This document shows, one piece after another, positions 31,903-43,956 of a DNA stretch of 64,000 nucleotides (within the stretch, counting starts at the first letter, position 1; each line of letters starts with the position of its first letter). Below the pieces are notes generated by a model. That model ran no database searches, was not told the DNA's origin, and was given only the letters and a program-made list of their open reading frames with translations. Position numbers and translations under genes: made by a program. The DNA lies in contig VXRC01000025.1 of assembly GCA_009838645.1 (NCBI GenBank), forward strand, positions 19,173 through 83,172, in the 5' to 3' direction. Source of the stretch: Gemmatimonadota bacterium. GTDB lineage: Bacteria > JAAXHH01.

Positions 31903-32039
31903 AGGGTACTCCTTTGGGCAGTCTTCTGGGTGTTCTTCGCCGGTTACCTCGTCGGGTCCGCACTGTACAGAATGAACCGGGAGGTGCTTGTACAGTAACC
32001 TCTTAAAACTATTGAATATAATATAGAATTCGCTCAGGA

Positions 32040-32640
32040 CAGCGCAAGGGTTTTGTGAGGCAAAACTACCCTATATTGTATAACGTCGCGGTATGTCTCA
32101 ATAAATCGTACAATATATTGTGTATACTTAGTTTTTTTTCTTTATGTTTTTGAATAGAATAATACTAATAAGGAATGTGGATATGTGGATAATTGCGTAT
32201 TTGTTATAATAAGTGTTTATAAAACCAATCAATTGTGAAAAAACAAAGGTGTGGAGAAACAGGCACCTAAACAGGTGTTTATCCACACAATCCACACACT
32301 AGAAACCGAAATGGGATAAAACGCCCACTTATACACAAAACATCGACACGCCGCCTCCCCTTATCCCCCGGGTTATCCACATCATCTTCAGCGTGGAAAG
32401 GCGCCTGATCTAGGGCGGTGCGCAATCGGGCGTATCCGAGCCGGATCGGGGCCGTTTGGAGGTCGAAACTGGGCCCTTTGTGACTGCGGCCGGAGATCTT
32501 TCCACACCGCGGTGCACTACCCTTGGTGGATTGGTGTGGAAATTCGGTATATACAATATGCAACATTATGCCGGAAAAGGAGTTACGAAAGGTATGATTT
32601 GTTGACAAGTTGTGGATAAGTTGATGGTTATCCACAGGTT
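32040..32640. other. Chromosomal replication origin oriC (dnaA-dnaN spacer)
   Basis: Perfect DnaA boxes TTATCCACA/TGTGGATAA at 32184-32192, 32279-32287, 32373-32381, 32611-32619 and 32628-32636; near-boxes at 32176, 32329 and 32361; AT-rich stretch ~32080-32250. Confidence 0.92.
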
Positions 32641-32687
32641 TGGGAGCGTTACTACCGTGTGGTGGGCGTTGCTGAACAGCAGGCGGG

Positions 32688-34103
<1,416 letters not shown>

Positions 34104-34292
34104 CGCGTATTACCTTGTGGACCGAAGGGAATGGAACGCCTGTGCACGGACCGGTGGTTTTCCGGTCCGAAAACATACTCGTACGCTCGCATGCAACATG
34201 CTAAATAGTTGTAATTACTACATTTAAGGTGGTATTAGGTGCGACAACAAATCCACGGCAGGCGGAAACGTTGCGGGTCGTATCTTCATCTT

Positions 34293-34321
34293 AGTATGTA
34301 TGGTGAGTGAGGTGCTGTCAA
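34293..34321 (-). promoter_or_regulatory. Possible dnaA promoter
   Basis: Minus strand TTGACA(34321-34316)-17 nt-CATACT. Confidence 0.5.
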
Positions 34322-34368
34322 GAGAATATCTCGAAAAGATTTGCTCACCTGTAACGACCAAAAACAAC

Positions 34369-34397
34369 TTGACTTTAGCGCGCTCCGGGGGTAATAT
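34369..34397 (+). promoter_or_regulatory. Possible rpmH promoter
   Basis: TTGACT-17 nt-TAATAT. Confidence 0.55.
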
Positions 34398-34446
34398 GCA
34401 GGGCTGTTGTTTTTACGAAAACAGGTAGAAAAAACGGGAGTAAACG

Positions 34447-34581
34447 ATGAAGCGGACCTTTCAGCCGAGCAATCTCAAGCGGCACCGCAGGCACGGGTTT
34501 CGTCGAAGGATGAGCACCAGGGCGGGACGGTTGATTCTGAACCGCCGACGGGCCAAGGGAAGGATACGCGTTGCCGTTTAG
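34447..34581 (+). CDS. rpmH: 50S ribosomal protein L34 (not in ORF track)
   Basis: [44 protein letters not shown]. Confidence 0.97.
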   Translation: MKRTFQPSNLKRHRRHGFRRRMSTRAGRLILNRRRAKGRIRVAV

Positions 34582-34613
34582 GCGCCGCCCGAACGCGGCA
34601 GGACCGATGCACC

Positions 34614-34985
34614 ATGGCCGCCGGTTCCCGACGTTTTCCCCACGACGAACGCATGAGACACCGGTGGGAGTTCGAACGGGTCAGGAAATGCGGACTGACC
34701 GTCCGCGGACTTTCGATGACCCTGTCCCTGGCCGCGTGTCCGGACCGGCTCGAGCGCCGGGTCGGTTTCATCGTGACCCGGCACTACGGCGGCGCGGTCA
34801 AGCGTAACCTGGTCCGCCGGAGAATGCGGGAGATCTACCGGTTGAACAGGTGCCGCCTGAAGAGGGGGGTGCACCTGGTGCTCATCGCCCGCAGTCCCGG
34901 CCGGGAATGGACCTATCGCCAGATGAATGAAGAGTTCCTGTCCCTCTACCGTACCGCGGTGACACGATTATGTGGAAACGGCTGA
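34614..34985 (+). CDS. rnpA: Ribonuclease P protein component
   Basis: [25 protein letters not shown] (RNR motif); canonical synteny. Confidence 0.92.
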   Translation: MAAGSRRFPHDERMRHRWEFERVRKCGLTVRGLSMTLSLAACPDRLERRVGFIVTRHYGGAVKRNLVRRRMREIYRLNRCRLKRGVHLVLIARSPGREWTYRQMNEEFLSLYRTAVTRLCGNG

Positions 34986-35314
34986 CCAGGACAATCACGA
35001 CCACGCTCGTCTGGGGCGTCCGCGGCTATCGGCTCGCAGTCTCCCCGCTCCTCCCGCCAAGCTGCAGGTTTACCCCCACCTGTTCGAATTACGCCATCGA
35101 AGCGCTGGAACGCAAGGGCCTGTTCACCGGGATCCGCATGGCCGCGTGGCGGCTGCTGCGCTGCCATCCCTTTCACCCGGGCGGCTACGATCCGGTGGAG
35201 CGGCCGGCTGGACCAGTCGGATCACCCGGGCCGGACAGCCGGGCCGGACGTGTCGAGTCAGGCGGACCGGCCGAACAGGGCGGACGACAAGATCAGCCGC
35301 ATCCCACGGCTTGA
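34970..35314 (+). CDS. yidD: Membrane protein insertion efficiency factor YidD
   Basis: [39 protein letters not shown]. Confidence 0.95.
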   Translation: MWKRLTRTITTTLVWGVRGYRLAVSPLLPPSCRFTPTCSNYAIEALERKGLFTGIRMAAWRLLRCHPFHPGGYDPVERPAGPVGSPGPDSRAGRVESGGPAEQGGRQDQPHPTA

Positions 35315-35335
35315 AACCCCGGAATAACAACGACT

Positions 35336-37120
35336 ATGGAAAAACGGGTACTCGGCGCATTCGGACTGATCATTCTGACCTGGATCGGTTACTACTACAT
35401 TATATATCCCATGTACGCGCCCCAGCTTCCCGCGCCGGTCGACCGGGCGGTCCCGCAGCAGCAACCGGGGGATTTCGCGACCGGGGACGATCCCGCGGAC
35501 GCCTATCCTTCCGGCGAGGCTTCCGAACAGGCTTTCGACGCGCCGTCGTCCTTCGACGCGCCTCCGGACGCCGCCGTAACGGAGCCCGGGCGGACGCCGC
35601 CTCCCCGTATCGAAGACCGCCCCCGGCAGGACCTGGCCGCCGACAGCTGGGACCGCTCCGAACGCGTGTTGTTCCTCCCCCCGGCCGAAAGCGCGCCGGC
35701 GCCCCGTGAAATCGTCGTCGAAAACCAGTACTTCCGTGGTGTGATCAATACGATGGGCGGAGTGATAACCAGTTGGAAACTAAAGGGTTATCGGGGAATC
35801 GGCGGGGAAGAAGTGGAACTCGTCCCCCCCGATCGGGAAGCCGGCCCCGACATCGTGCTCACCACGGAGCGGGGGCCCCGCAGCACCCGCGCCCTGCGAT
35901 TCGCCGCGGACCGCGACGCCGTCGTGCTGGGTCCCGGACAGTCCTCGGGATCCGTGACGCTGACGGCCGACGCGCCGGGGGGCCTGACCATCACCAAGGC
36001 CTTCGTGATCAACCGGGACGATTACGCCGTGGATCTCCAGGTGAGGATCGACGGCGGACAGGATCTGGCCCTGGGCAGCAAGTACTATCTCCGGTGGGGC
36101 GGCGGGATCAACGTGACGGAGCAGGACTGGGACCAGGATCTGTATGCCTTCAGGGGATTCGCCTCGCTCAACGACACGGTGATCGATGAAGACCTCGGGA
36201 CCGAGTTCGAAGATCCGCGGCCGGAGACCACGGGAGAGACCCACTGGGTCGGCGTGCGGAGCAAGTATTTCTTCACCGCCATGGTGCCGGTGGACCGGAA
36301 GGCCAGGGGATACCGCCTGAACGGCCGGCCGGTGCAGCGCCCCCAATACGACGACCGGCAGATCGCCGCGGAACTGTCCATGGGACTCGCCTCCCCGCTC
36401 ACGGACAACTTCCTCCTCTATCTCGGCCCGGTCCACTACGATACCCTGGAAAGTTACGGGTACGGCCTCGAGGGCGCCGTCGATCTCGGATGGACGATCA
36501 TACAGCCGATCAGCAGGATCACACTCATTTCCCTGGTCTGGCTGCACCAGTTCATCACCAATTACGGCGTCGTTATCATCGTACTGTCCATCATCGTGAA
36601 GATCCTGCTCTTTCCCCTGACCCACAAGAGCATGAAGGCCACGCAGGGCATGGCCGCGCTCCAGCCGAAAATGGAATCGCTCAAGGAGAAGCACAAGAAC
36701 GATTCGACCAAGCTGAACCAGGAGATGATGAAGCTGTACCGGGACGCGGGGGTGAACCCGCTGGGCGGCTGCCTGCCGCTGCTGCTGCAGATGCCGATCC
36801 TCATCGCGCTCTACACCATCTTCAGCAGCACGATCGAACTGCGGGACGCGCCTTTCATCGGGTGGATCCAGGACCTGTCCCTCCGGGACCCGTACTACGT
36901 GCTGCCCGTCCTCATGGCGGCCACGATGCTTATCCAGTCCAAGATGACGATGAAAGACCCCCGGCAGGCCATGTTCGTCTACATCATGCCCGCGGTGCTT
37001 TTCTTCATCATGATGAACCTGCCTTCCGGACTGATTCTGTACTGGACCATGATCAACGTACTGACCATCGTGCAGCAGGCCTTTCAGAACCGGTTCTTCC
37101 CCGTACAACCCGCCAAATGA
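35336..37120 (+). CDS. yidC: Membrane protein insertase YidC
   Basis: N-terminal TM, large periplasmic domain, NYGVVII, NPLGGCLP.LLQMPI, GLILYW. Confidence 0.96.
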   Translation: MEKRVLGAFGLIILTWIGYYYIIYPMYAPQLPAPVDRAVPQQQPGDFATGDDPADAYPSGEASEQAFDAPSSFDAPPDAAVTEPGRTPPPRIEDRPRQDLAADSWDRSERVLFLPPAESAPAPREIVVENQYFRGVINTMGGVITSWKLKGYRGIGGEEVELVPPDREAGPDIVLTTERGPRSTRALRFAADRDAVVLGPGQSSGSVTLTADAPGGLTITKAFVINRDDYAVDLQVRIDGGQDLALGSKYYLRWGGGINVTEQDWDQDLYAFRGFASLNDTVIDEDLGTEFEDPRPETTGETHWVGVRSKYFFTAMVPVDRKARGYRLNGRPVQRPQYDDRQIAAELSMGLASPLTDNFLLYLGPVHYDTLESYGYGLEGAVDLGWTIIQPISRITLISLVWLHQFITNYGVVIIVLSIIVKILLFPLTHKSMKATQGMAALQPKMESLKEKHKNDSTKLNQEMMKLYRDAGVNPLGGCLPLLLQMPILIALYTIFSSTIELRDAPFIGWIQDLSLRDPYYVLPVLMAATMLIQSKMTMKDPRQAMFVYIMPAVLFFIMMNLPSGLILYWTMINVLTIVQQAFQNRFFPVQPAK

Positions 37121-37193
37121 CGCACCCGCAGGGCACCGGATCCGCAGGGCACTGCCGCAGGCACCGGGCGCGGCACCAGGCCTCAATAACCCC

Positions 37194-38576
37194 ATGACCT
37201 CGCAGGCCCCGAACGATACCATTTCCGCGATTGGCACGCCGCCCGGCGAGGGCGGACTGTGCGTGGTGCGCATGAGCGGTTCCGACACTTTCGCCATCGC
37301 CGACCGGGTCTTCAAAGGCGCCAGCCGTCCTTCGGAGTGCGGGACCCACACCATTCATCACGGCCACGTCATCGATCCCCGGAGCCGCGAGCGGGTGGAT
37401 GAAGTGCTCATGTCCGTATTCAGGTCGCCCCGTACCTACACCCGGGAGGACCTGATCGAGTTCAGCGGCCACGGCGGCATGGTCCCGGGCGGGATGATTC
37501 TGGATGTGCTGATCCGGTCGGGCGCCCGGCTGGCGGAACCGGGAGAGTTTACAAAGCGCGCCTTTCTCAACGGAAGGATCGACCTGCTGCAGGCGGAAGC
37601 GGTGGGTGAATTGATCCGGGCGCGGACCGATGCCTGCGCCCGGGCGGCCCTCAGGCAGCTGAACGGGACCTGCTCGCAACAGATCGACGAATTCAGGATT
37701 AAATTAATACAAATAATTGCGTATATTGAAGTTACGCTGGATTTCACCGAGGAGGGCCTCCCCGATATTACGCCGCGGACCTTCCTGGACCAGCTCCGGC
37801 CGGTCCGGGAAGCGCTCGGCCGTCTCATCAAGTCTTCCCACGAAACGCGCGTGTTGAGGGACGGGATCCGTGTCGCGTTGCTCGGCAAGCCGAACGTGGG
37901 GAAGTCCAGTTTGCTCAACATGCTGACGGCGCGGGACCGTGCGATCGTGCATCCGGAATCGGGGACGACGCGGGACACCATCGAGGAAAGCGTCGACATC
38001 CGGGGCGTGCCCATCGTCTTCGTGGATACGGCCGGCATCCGGAAGACCTCGAACCGGGTGGAACAGCAGGGCGTTATCCGGTCGCGCTCGGAACTGGAAC
38101 AGGCCGATATCCCACTGGCCGTCTTCGACGCCACAAGCCCACCGGACGACGACGACCGGCAACTGGTGAAGATGTTGTCCGGCCGGGCTGCCGTGTTTAT
38201 ATTCAACAAGTGCGACCTGGATGCTTACGATCCGAACGCATACCTGGAATTGACGGCGGGCGGGCGATGGATCCGGACCTCGGCAAAGCACGGCGATGGC
38301 CTGGAGAATCTCAGGGAAGCGATTCTCGAGACCGCGCGGTTCGATCCCGCCGGTTTCGAGTCGGGACTCGTCGTCAATGCCCGTCAGGGCGAGCTGCTCG
38401 ACCAGGCGAAAACGAGTCTTGACCGGGGCATCGGGGTCCTGGAAGAAGGGCTCGGCGCCGAAATGGCCGCCGTCGATCTGAGAGAATGCGCGCATCGGCT
38501 GGGTGTGCTCGTGGGAAAGGAAATCGGCGATGCGGTACTGGATCATGTGTTCTCCAGGTTCTGCATCGGGAAATGA
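37194..38576 (+). CDS. mnmE: tRNA modification GTPase MnmE
   Basis: AIGTPPGEG, GEFTKRAFLNG, GKPNVGKSS, GTTRD, DTAG, FSRFCIGK. Confidence 0.96.
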   Translation: MTSQAPNDTISAIGTPPGEGGLCVVRMSGSDTFAIADRVFKGASRPSECGTHTIHHGHVIDPRSRERVDEVLMSVFRSPRTYTREDLIEFSGHGGMVPGGMILDVLIRSGARLAEPGEFTKRAFLNGRIDLLQAEAVGELIRARTDACARAALRQLNGTCSQQIDEFRIKLIQIIAYIEVTLDFTEEGLPDITPRTFLDQLRPVREALGRLIKSSHETRVLRDGIRVALLGKPNVGKSSLLNMLTARDRAIVHPESGTTRDTIEESVDIRGVPIVFVDTAGIRKTSNRVEQQGVIRSRSELEQADIPLAVFDATSPPDDDDRQLVKMLSGRAAVFIFNKCDLDAYDPNAYLELTAGGRWIRTSAKHGDGLENLREAILETARFDPAGFESGLVVNARQGELLDQAKTSLDRGIGVLEEGLGAEMAAVDLRECAHRLGVLVGKEIGDAVLDHVFSRFCIGK

Positions 38577-38592
38577 TGTTCCACGTGGAACA
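38577..38592. promoter_or_regulatory. parS site 1
   Basis: Perfect palindrome TGTTCCACGTGGAACA in the mnmE-mnmG spacer. Confidence 0.9.
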
Positions 38593-38603
38593 GGGAAAAG
38601 GCA

Positions 38604-40541
38604 ATGGTTGAAAACGAACGGCTGACATCGGTTGAAGTCCTCGTCATAGGCGGAGGCCACGCCGGATGCGAAGCCGCCCTGGCTTCGGCGAGAATGGGCG
38701 TAAAGACCGCGCTCGTCACCCTCGATGCTTCGAAGATCGGGCAGATGTCCTGCAACCCTTCCATCGGCGGCCTGGGCAAGGGGCAACTGGTGAGGGAGGT
38801 CGACGCGCTTGGCGGTGAGATGGGCAAGGCCGCGGACGCGACGGCCGTGCAGGTCAGGATGCTGAACACGCGCAAGGGCCCGGCGGTACAGTCCCTGAGA
38901 TCCCAGAACGACCGTGTGGCTTACCGGGATTACATGCAGCGGGTCATCGGGGAGACGCCTAACCTGACGGTAGTGGAAGGCGAGGTCTCGTGCCTGAACG
39001 TCGACCAGCGCCGCGTGACGGGGATCCGGACCAGCGATGGACGCGCCATATCCTGCCGTGCCGTGGTCGTGGCTTCGGGCACGTTTCTGAACGGGGTCAT
39101 GCATCGGGGCGCGAGCAATTCGTCTGGAGGACGTCTCGGAGAAAGGGCGGCCACGGAGCTGTCCGATTCCCTGCGGGATCTGGGGTTCGACATCGGCCGG
39201 CTGAAGACCGGCACGCCGCCCAGAATCGATGGCAACTCCATAGATTACAGTGAGTTGGAGGTCATCGCCGGTGACGAATACCCCGATCATTTCTCTCAGG
39301 AAAGATTGTCACCGGCCGACGAGCAACTGCCCTGTTACCTGACCTTCACGAACGCCCGGACCCACGACATCATCCGCTCCGCCCTGGACCAGTCGCCCAT
39401 GTACTCCGGTCGGATCACCGGCCGCGGTCCCAGGTACTGTCCATCCGTCGAGGACAAGATCGTACGGTTCGCGGATCGGGACAGCCACCAGATCATCCTG
39501 GAACCCGAGGGTTGGAATACCGACGAAGTATACGTAAACGGCTTCTCCACCAGCCTGCCGGAACCGGTGCAGGACCGGGCGCTGCACACGATAAAGGGCC
39601 TGGAGCAGGCGGAGATACTGCAGTTCGGGTATGCCGTCGAATACGATTTCATCCCTCCCGACAATCTGACCCGGTCCCTGGAAACCCGCCAGGTAGACGG
39701 GCTGTACCTCGCGGGTCAGATCAACGGTACCACGGGCTATGAGGAGGCCGCGGCACAGGGTATACTGGCCGGGATCAATGCCGCGCTGAAGGTCGGTAAC
39801 CGGCCGGCGTTTACCCTAGACCGGGGCGAGGCCTATATCGGCGTGATGATCGACGATCTCATTACTAAGGGAGCGGACGAACCTTACAGGATGTTCACTT
39901 CGCGTGCCGAATACCGCCTGCTGTTGCGGCACGACAACGCGGATATGCGCCTGTCGGACCGCGCCTTCGAGATCGGTGTGATTTCAAGAAAACGTCACGA
40001 GGCCACGGTAAGGCGGCGCCGGCTGGTGGAAGCGGAAACAAACCGGCTGAAAGGGGAATACCTGGCTCCAGACAGGATAAACCCCATACTCGAGACCAAA
40101 ACCTCGACGCCGGTATCTGAACCCGTGTCCCTGCACAAACTGCTATCCCGCCCCGAGATACAGTATTCCGACCTTTATGCCGTAGACCCGGATCCCATGG
40201 ACCATGAACCGTCTGTCATCGGCCAGATACAGACCGCGGTCAAATACGCCGGGTACCTCGAGCGCCAGCAGAAGGAAATCGAACGCATGCGGTCCTGGGA
40301 GTCCCGTGCGATACCCGAGGAATTCGATTACGCATCCATAAGGGCCATGTCTCACGAAGCGCGCGAAAAGCTGGCCAGCATCCAGCCGGCAAACGTGGGT
40401 CAGGCGTCGCGGATCCCGGGCGTAACACCCGCCGATCTGTCCATCCTCGTTGTACATCTCGAACGCGATACGGCCAGGTCCCGCATCAGAAAATCCCGTC
40501 CTGAAAACCAGGTGTTCCACGTGGAACATTCCAAGATATGA
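38604..40541 (+). CDS. mnmG: tRNA uridine-5-carboxymethylaminomethyl modification enzyme MnmG (GidA)
   Basis: [49 protein letters not shown]. Confidence 0.97.
   Translation: MVENERLTSVEVLVIGGGHAGCEAALASARMGVKTALVTLDASKIGQMSCNPSIGGLGKGQLVREVDALGGEMGKAADATAVQVRMLNTRKGPAVQSLRSQNDRVAYRDYMQRVIGETPNLTVVEGEVSCLNVDQRRVTGIRTSDGRAISCRAVVVASGTFLNGVMHRGASNSSGGRLGERAATELSDSLRDLGFDIGRLKTGTPPRIDGNSIDYSELEVIAGDEYPDHFSQERLSPADEQLPCYLTFTNARTHDIIRSALDQSPMYSGRITGRGPRYCPSVEDKIVRFADRDSHQIILEPEGWNTDEVYVNGFSTSLPEPVQDRALHTIKGLEQAEILQFGYAVEYDFIPPDNLTRSLETRQVDGLYLAGQINGTTGYEEAAAQGILAGINAALKVGNRPAFTLDRGEAYIGVMIDDLITKGADEPYRMFTSRAEYRLLLRHDNADMRLSDRAFEIGVISRKRHEATVRRRRLVEAETNRLKGEYLAPDRINPILETKTSTPVSEPVSLHKLLSRPEIQYSDLYAVDPDPMDHEPSVIGQIQTAVKYAGYLERQQKEIERMRSWESRAIPEEFDYASIRAMSHEAREKLASIQPANVGQASRIPGVTPADLSILVVHLERDTARSRIRKSRPENQVFHVEHSKI
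40513..40528. promoter_or_regulatory. parS site 2 (inside the mnmG 3' end)
   Basis: Perfect palindrome TGTTCCACGTGGAACA, read as VFHVEH in MnmG. Confidence 0.9.
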
Positions 40542-40542
40542 C

Positions 40543-41211
40543 ATGGACACCATCAAACATTTCGTCCATGGTGTGGAGCAACTCGGTCATCGGCTTGACA
40601 CCCGTAAAATCGGGGCATTCGAGCGGTACCTGTACGAACTCCGGCGTGTAAATCACGTACTCCGCATCATATCTACGAACAACCTGGAACGCATTCCGTC
40701 GCGCCATTTCCTCGATTCACTCATGCCTGCGTTAAAAGGCGTCCTGCCCACGGGCGGAGTAATCGTGGACATCGGAAGCGGCGGCGGTTTTCCCGGGATA
40801 CCCCTCGCCATTTTCCTGCCTGGAACACACTTTGTTCTGGTCGAATCGAACTACAAGAAATGCGCTTTCCTTCGGATGTTAAGGCGCGCGCTGTCACTGG
40901 ATAATCTGAATGTCTGCAATGTCAGGATAGAACGGCTGTCGGAGAAGTCGTCGGAAACATTGTATGACGGCGCGGTGGCGCGGGCTGTCGGATCAATCGG
41001 CCAACTTGTGGAATGGGGCTGGCCCATTTTGAAACCCGGAGGAAAACTGATATGCTACAAGGGCCCCGGTCCGGATGAAGAGATCGATTCGGCAGCGTCG
41101 GTCATGGAGGCGCAGGGCATGGTATGGGAGGCCACCGTTCCATATGAAGAAGGGGTTGTTAACTCTCCCACCCTCGTTGTGCTGACAAAGTGCGAGAAGG
41201 AAGGACCGTGA
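40543..41211 (+). CDS. rsmG: 16S rRNA m7G527 methyltransferase RsmG (GidB); start re-called at MDTIK
   Basis: HFLDSL, DIGSGGGFPGIPL, ES..KK..FL, ARAV, YKG. Confidence 0.93.
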   Translation: MDTIKHFVHGVEQLGHRLDTRKIGAFERYLYELRRVNHVLRIISTNNLERIPSRHFLDSLMPALKGVLPTGGVIVDIGSGGGFPGIPLAIFLPGTHFVLVESNYKKCAFLRMLRRALSLDNLNVCNVRIERLSEKSSETLYDGAVARAVGSIGQLVEWGWPILKPGGKLICYKGPGPDEEIDSAASVMEAQGMVWEATVPYEEGVVNSPTLVVLTKCEKEGP

Positions 41212-41377
41212 TTCAAAATGATGCGACGTAACGGAAAATGAACTTCTGGTAGCAGAAAAACGACCGATGAAACAGACTACCCCTTTCCCGATCGGTCAAC
41301 GAAGAAGAAAAACGACTATACATAATAATATATATTGTTTTCAAACGTATTGAAAACGGTCGTAACCTACACAATTA

Positions 41378-42619
41378 TCAGTAGTTACGGTCAGAAGAGA
41401 GCTCGCTGTAACCCCCAAGTAACATAACCTCTATTTCCTGGCCGGCCGGCATGATTTCCTGGTCTTCGTGACTTACGGCCAACCCGTCGGCGATGGACAT
41501 GGATCTAAGAATGCCTGAGCCCTGCGCGCCGGTGCGTGACGCGAAGTATTGATCTCCCCGTTTCTGTAGGGTCACGCGAATGAATTGTTTGCGGCCGAGC
41601 GATTTCGTCAGGTCTTCCAGGAGGCGGGCCTTGATCGTGGGGCGGTAGATGTGGGTGTACCCCTGCATCTTGAGCAGGGCGGGACGCATGAAGAGCTCGA
41701 AGGTAACCATGGAAGCCACCGGATTGCCGGGCAAGCCGAAAACGATGGTGTCGTCTATGGAGCCGAAGGCGAGGGGGCGTCCGGGTGTCATGGACACCTT
41801 CCAGAAGGCCATGGAGGTGCCGACGGCCTCGAGGGCGGCCTTGACGTAGTCGTATTCTCCCACCGAGACCCCGCCCGAGGTGATGACCGCGTCCGCGAGG
41901 AGTCCGTCGCGCAACGCCTCTTCGAGTGCTTCCTGCGTATCGGGAATGATGCCAAGGCGCAGGGGTATGCCGCCGGCGTCCGCCACCAGCGCGGAAAGGG
42001 CGTATCCGTTGCTGTCCACGATCTTGCCGTCCTCGAGGGGTTCGTCCACGTCGACGATCTCGTCGCCGGTGGACAGCACGGCAACGCGGGGCCGGCGGTA
42101 GACCGATACGTGGGAACGGTTGGTCGAGGCCAGCAGGCCGACTTCGGCCGGCCGGATCAGCATGCCGGACGGGATGATGAGGTCCCCATCGCGGATGTCT
42201 TCGCCGGCCCGGCGGAGGTCCGTTCCGGATTCCACGGCCTGGAGTATGCGTACGCGGCGCGCATCGACCCTTAGCGCGCGTTCGGCGCGGACGATGGTAT
42301 CCGCGCCTTCGGGCACCGGCGCGCCCGTCATGATGTGTATCGCCTGTCCCGGTCCGACGGAACGTTTGGCCACGTATCCGGCGGGAAGGTCTTCGACGAT
42401 CTCCAGTTCCGCCGGGGAATCCGGCGACGACGGTACCGTATCCGCGGACCGCACCGCGTAGCCGTCCATGGCCGAATTGTCCCAGGGCGGCTGGTTCCTC
42501 GTGGCGTGGACGTCTTCAGCCAGTACCCGGCCGCGCGCTGAGGCGATATCGACGCGCTCCACGCCGATCGGCCGGATCCGGTCCAGAATGGCGTCCCGGG
42601 CTTCGATAACGGAGATCAT
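41378..42619 (-). CDS. moeA: Molybdopterin molybdotransferase MoeA, copy 1
   Basis: PPWDNSAMDGYAV, IMTGA, STGDE, SGGVSVG, PGRP, GLPGNPV. Confidence 0.93.
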   Translation of the reverse strand: MISVIEARDAILDRIRPIGVERVDIASARGRVLAEDVHATRNQPPWDNSAMDGYAVRSADTVPSSPDSPAELEIVEDLPAGYVAKRSVGPGQAIHIMTGAPVPEGADTIVRAERALRVDARRVRILQAVESGTDLRRAGEDIRDGDLIIPSGMLIRPAEVGLLASTNRSHVSVYRRPRVAVLSTGDEIVDVDEPLEDGKIVDSNGYALSALVADAGGIPLRLGIIPDTQEALEEALRDGLLADAVITSGGVSVGEYDYVKAALEAVGTSMAFWKVSMTPGRPLAFGSIDDTIVFGLPGNPVASMVTFELFMRPALLKMQGYTHIYRPTIKARLLEDLTKSLGRKQFIRVTLQKRGDQYFASRTGAQGSGILRSMSIADGLAVSHEDQEIMPAGQEIEVMLLGGYSELSSDRNY

Positions 42620-42629
42620 CGCGTGTTCC

Positions 42630-43883
42630 TCACGGTACACCCTGTCCGGCCGCGCCCATCAACAGCACCTGGACCTCGGATCCGCGGGGCAAGGAGGTTA
42701 TGCCCGTTTCCACGACGACGAGACCGTTGGTCCCGGTCATGGAGCTGAGCATGCCGGACCCCTGTCCCGCGACGGTCGAGGCGTAGAACCGGCCTTCGGT
42801 ACAGGTGATTCTGGCGCGCAGATAGTGCCGCCGATCCCCGCCGGCCGTCAGATCGTTCTCGAGTTCCGCCTGAACCGTGGGCAGGCGCCAGTCGTGGGGG
42901 CTGTAGCCCATCATCTTACGCATGGCGGGCCGTGCGAAGAGGAGGAAGGAGACCATGCAGGAAACGGGATTGCCCGGCAGGCCGAAGAACGGCTTCCCCT
43001 GCAGCAACCCGTAGGCGAGGGGCTTGCCCGGTTTCATCTGTACCCGCCAGAATCTCATGTCCGCGCCGAGGTCTTCCAGCACTTTTTTCACGTAGTCGTA
43101 GTCGCCCACGGAAACGCCGCCGGTGGATAGGACGATATCGGCGCTCAGCGCCGACCGGATGGCCTTCGCGATCTCCGCTTCGCTGTCTCTGGCGATGCCC
43201 AGGTTGACCGGCCGGCCATTGCATTCCCGCACGAGCGCGGCCAGGGAATAGCTGTTGCTGTTGACGATCTTTCCCGGTACGAGCCGCTCGTCGATTTCGA
43301 CGACCTCGTCGCCCGTGGAAAGGATGGCCACGGCCGGACGCCTGCGCACCGCGACCTGGGACCGTTGGAAGGCCGCCAGAAGGCCGATCTCGCCGGGACC
43401 GATTTCGGCACCGGCGAAAAGGACACGCTGGCCCTGTTTTACGTCTTCCCCCCGGTAGCGTACGTTCTGGCCCTGTTTTACCGCCTTCAGGATCTCCACG
43501 CCTTCCGCATTCTGCCTGGTATTCTCCACCATGACGACGGCGTCCGCACCTCCGGGGAGGAAGGCGCCGGTCATGATGCGCGAAGATTTGCCGGAAACCA
43601 CGTGCGCGGCGGGAACGGTGCCCGCGGGAATCTCTTCGAGGACCCCGAGGCGGCGGGGGGCGTCCTCGGATGCGCCCGAGGTGTCCGTGGCCCTGACGGC
43701 ATAGCCGTCGACGGAGGAGTTGTCCTGGGGCGGCACGTCGAACCTGGGCGCCACGTCTTCGGCGAGCACGCGCTTCTGGCTCTCGGACAGCGGTACGCGC
43801 TCGATGCCCGAGACAGAGACCGAATCCAGCACGATCTCCTGGGCCTCCTCCACGGTGAGCATTCGGTCAGATGTCATGTTCAT
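42630..43883 (-). CDS. moeA: Molybdopterin molybdotransferase MoeA, copy 2
   Basis: PPQDNSSVDGYAV, IMTGA, STGDE, TGGVSVG, MKPGKP, GLPGNPV. Confidence 0.93.
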   Translation of the reverse strand: MNMTSDRMLTVEEAQEIVLDSVSVSGIERVPLSESQKRVLAEDVAPRFDVPPQDNSSVDGYAVRATDTSGASEDAPRRLGVLEEIPAGTVPAAHVVSGKSSRIMTGAFLPGGADAVVMVENTRQNAEGVEILKAVKQGQNVRYRGEDVKQGQRVLFAGAEIGPGEIGLLAAFQRSQVAVRRRPAVAILSTGDEVVEIDERLVPGKIVNSNSYSLAALVRECNGRPVNLGIARDSEAEIAKAIRSALSADIVLSTGGVSVGDYDYVKKVLEDLGADMRFWRVQMKPGKPLAYGLLQGKPFFGLPGNPVSCMVSFLLFARPAMRKMMGYSPHDWRLPTVQAELENDLTAGGDRRHYLRARITCTEGRFYASTVAGQGSGMLSSMTGTNGLVVVETGITSLPRGSEVQVLLMGAAGQGVP

Positions 43884-43956
43884 GTGTCCATCCCGGAAAC
43901 GGGAGGTACGGCTTGCCGGCCGTCTGTGGGTGAGCGCATGGCTATCGGCCTGACCT

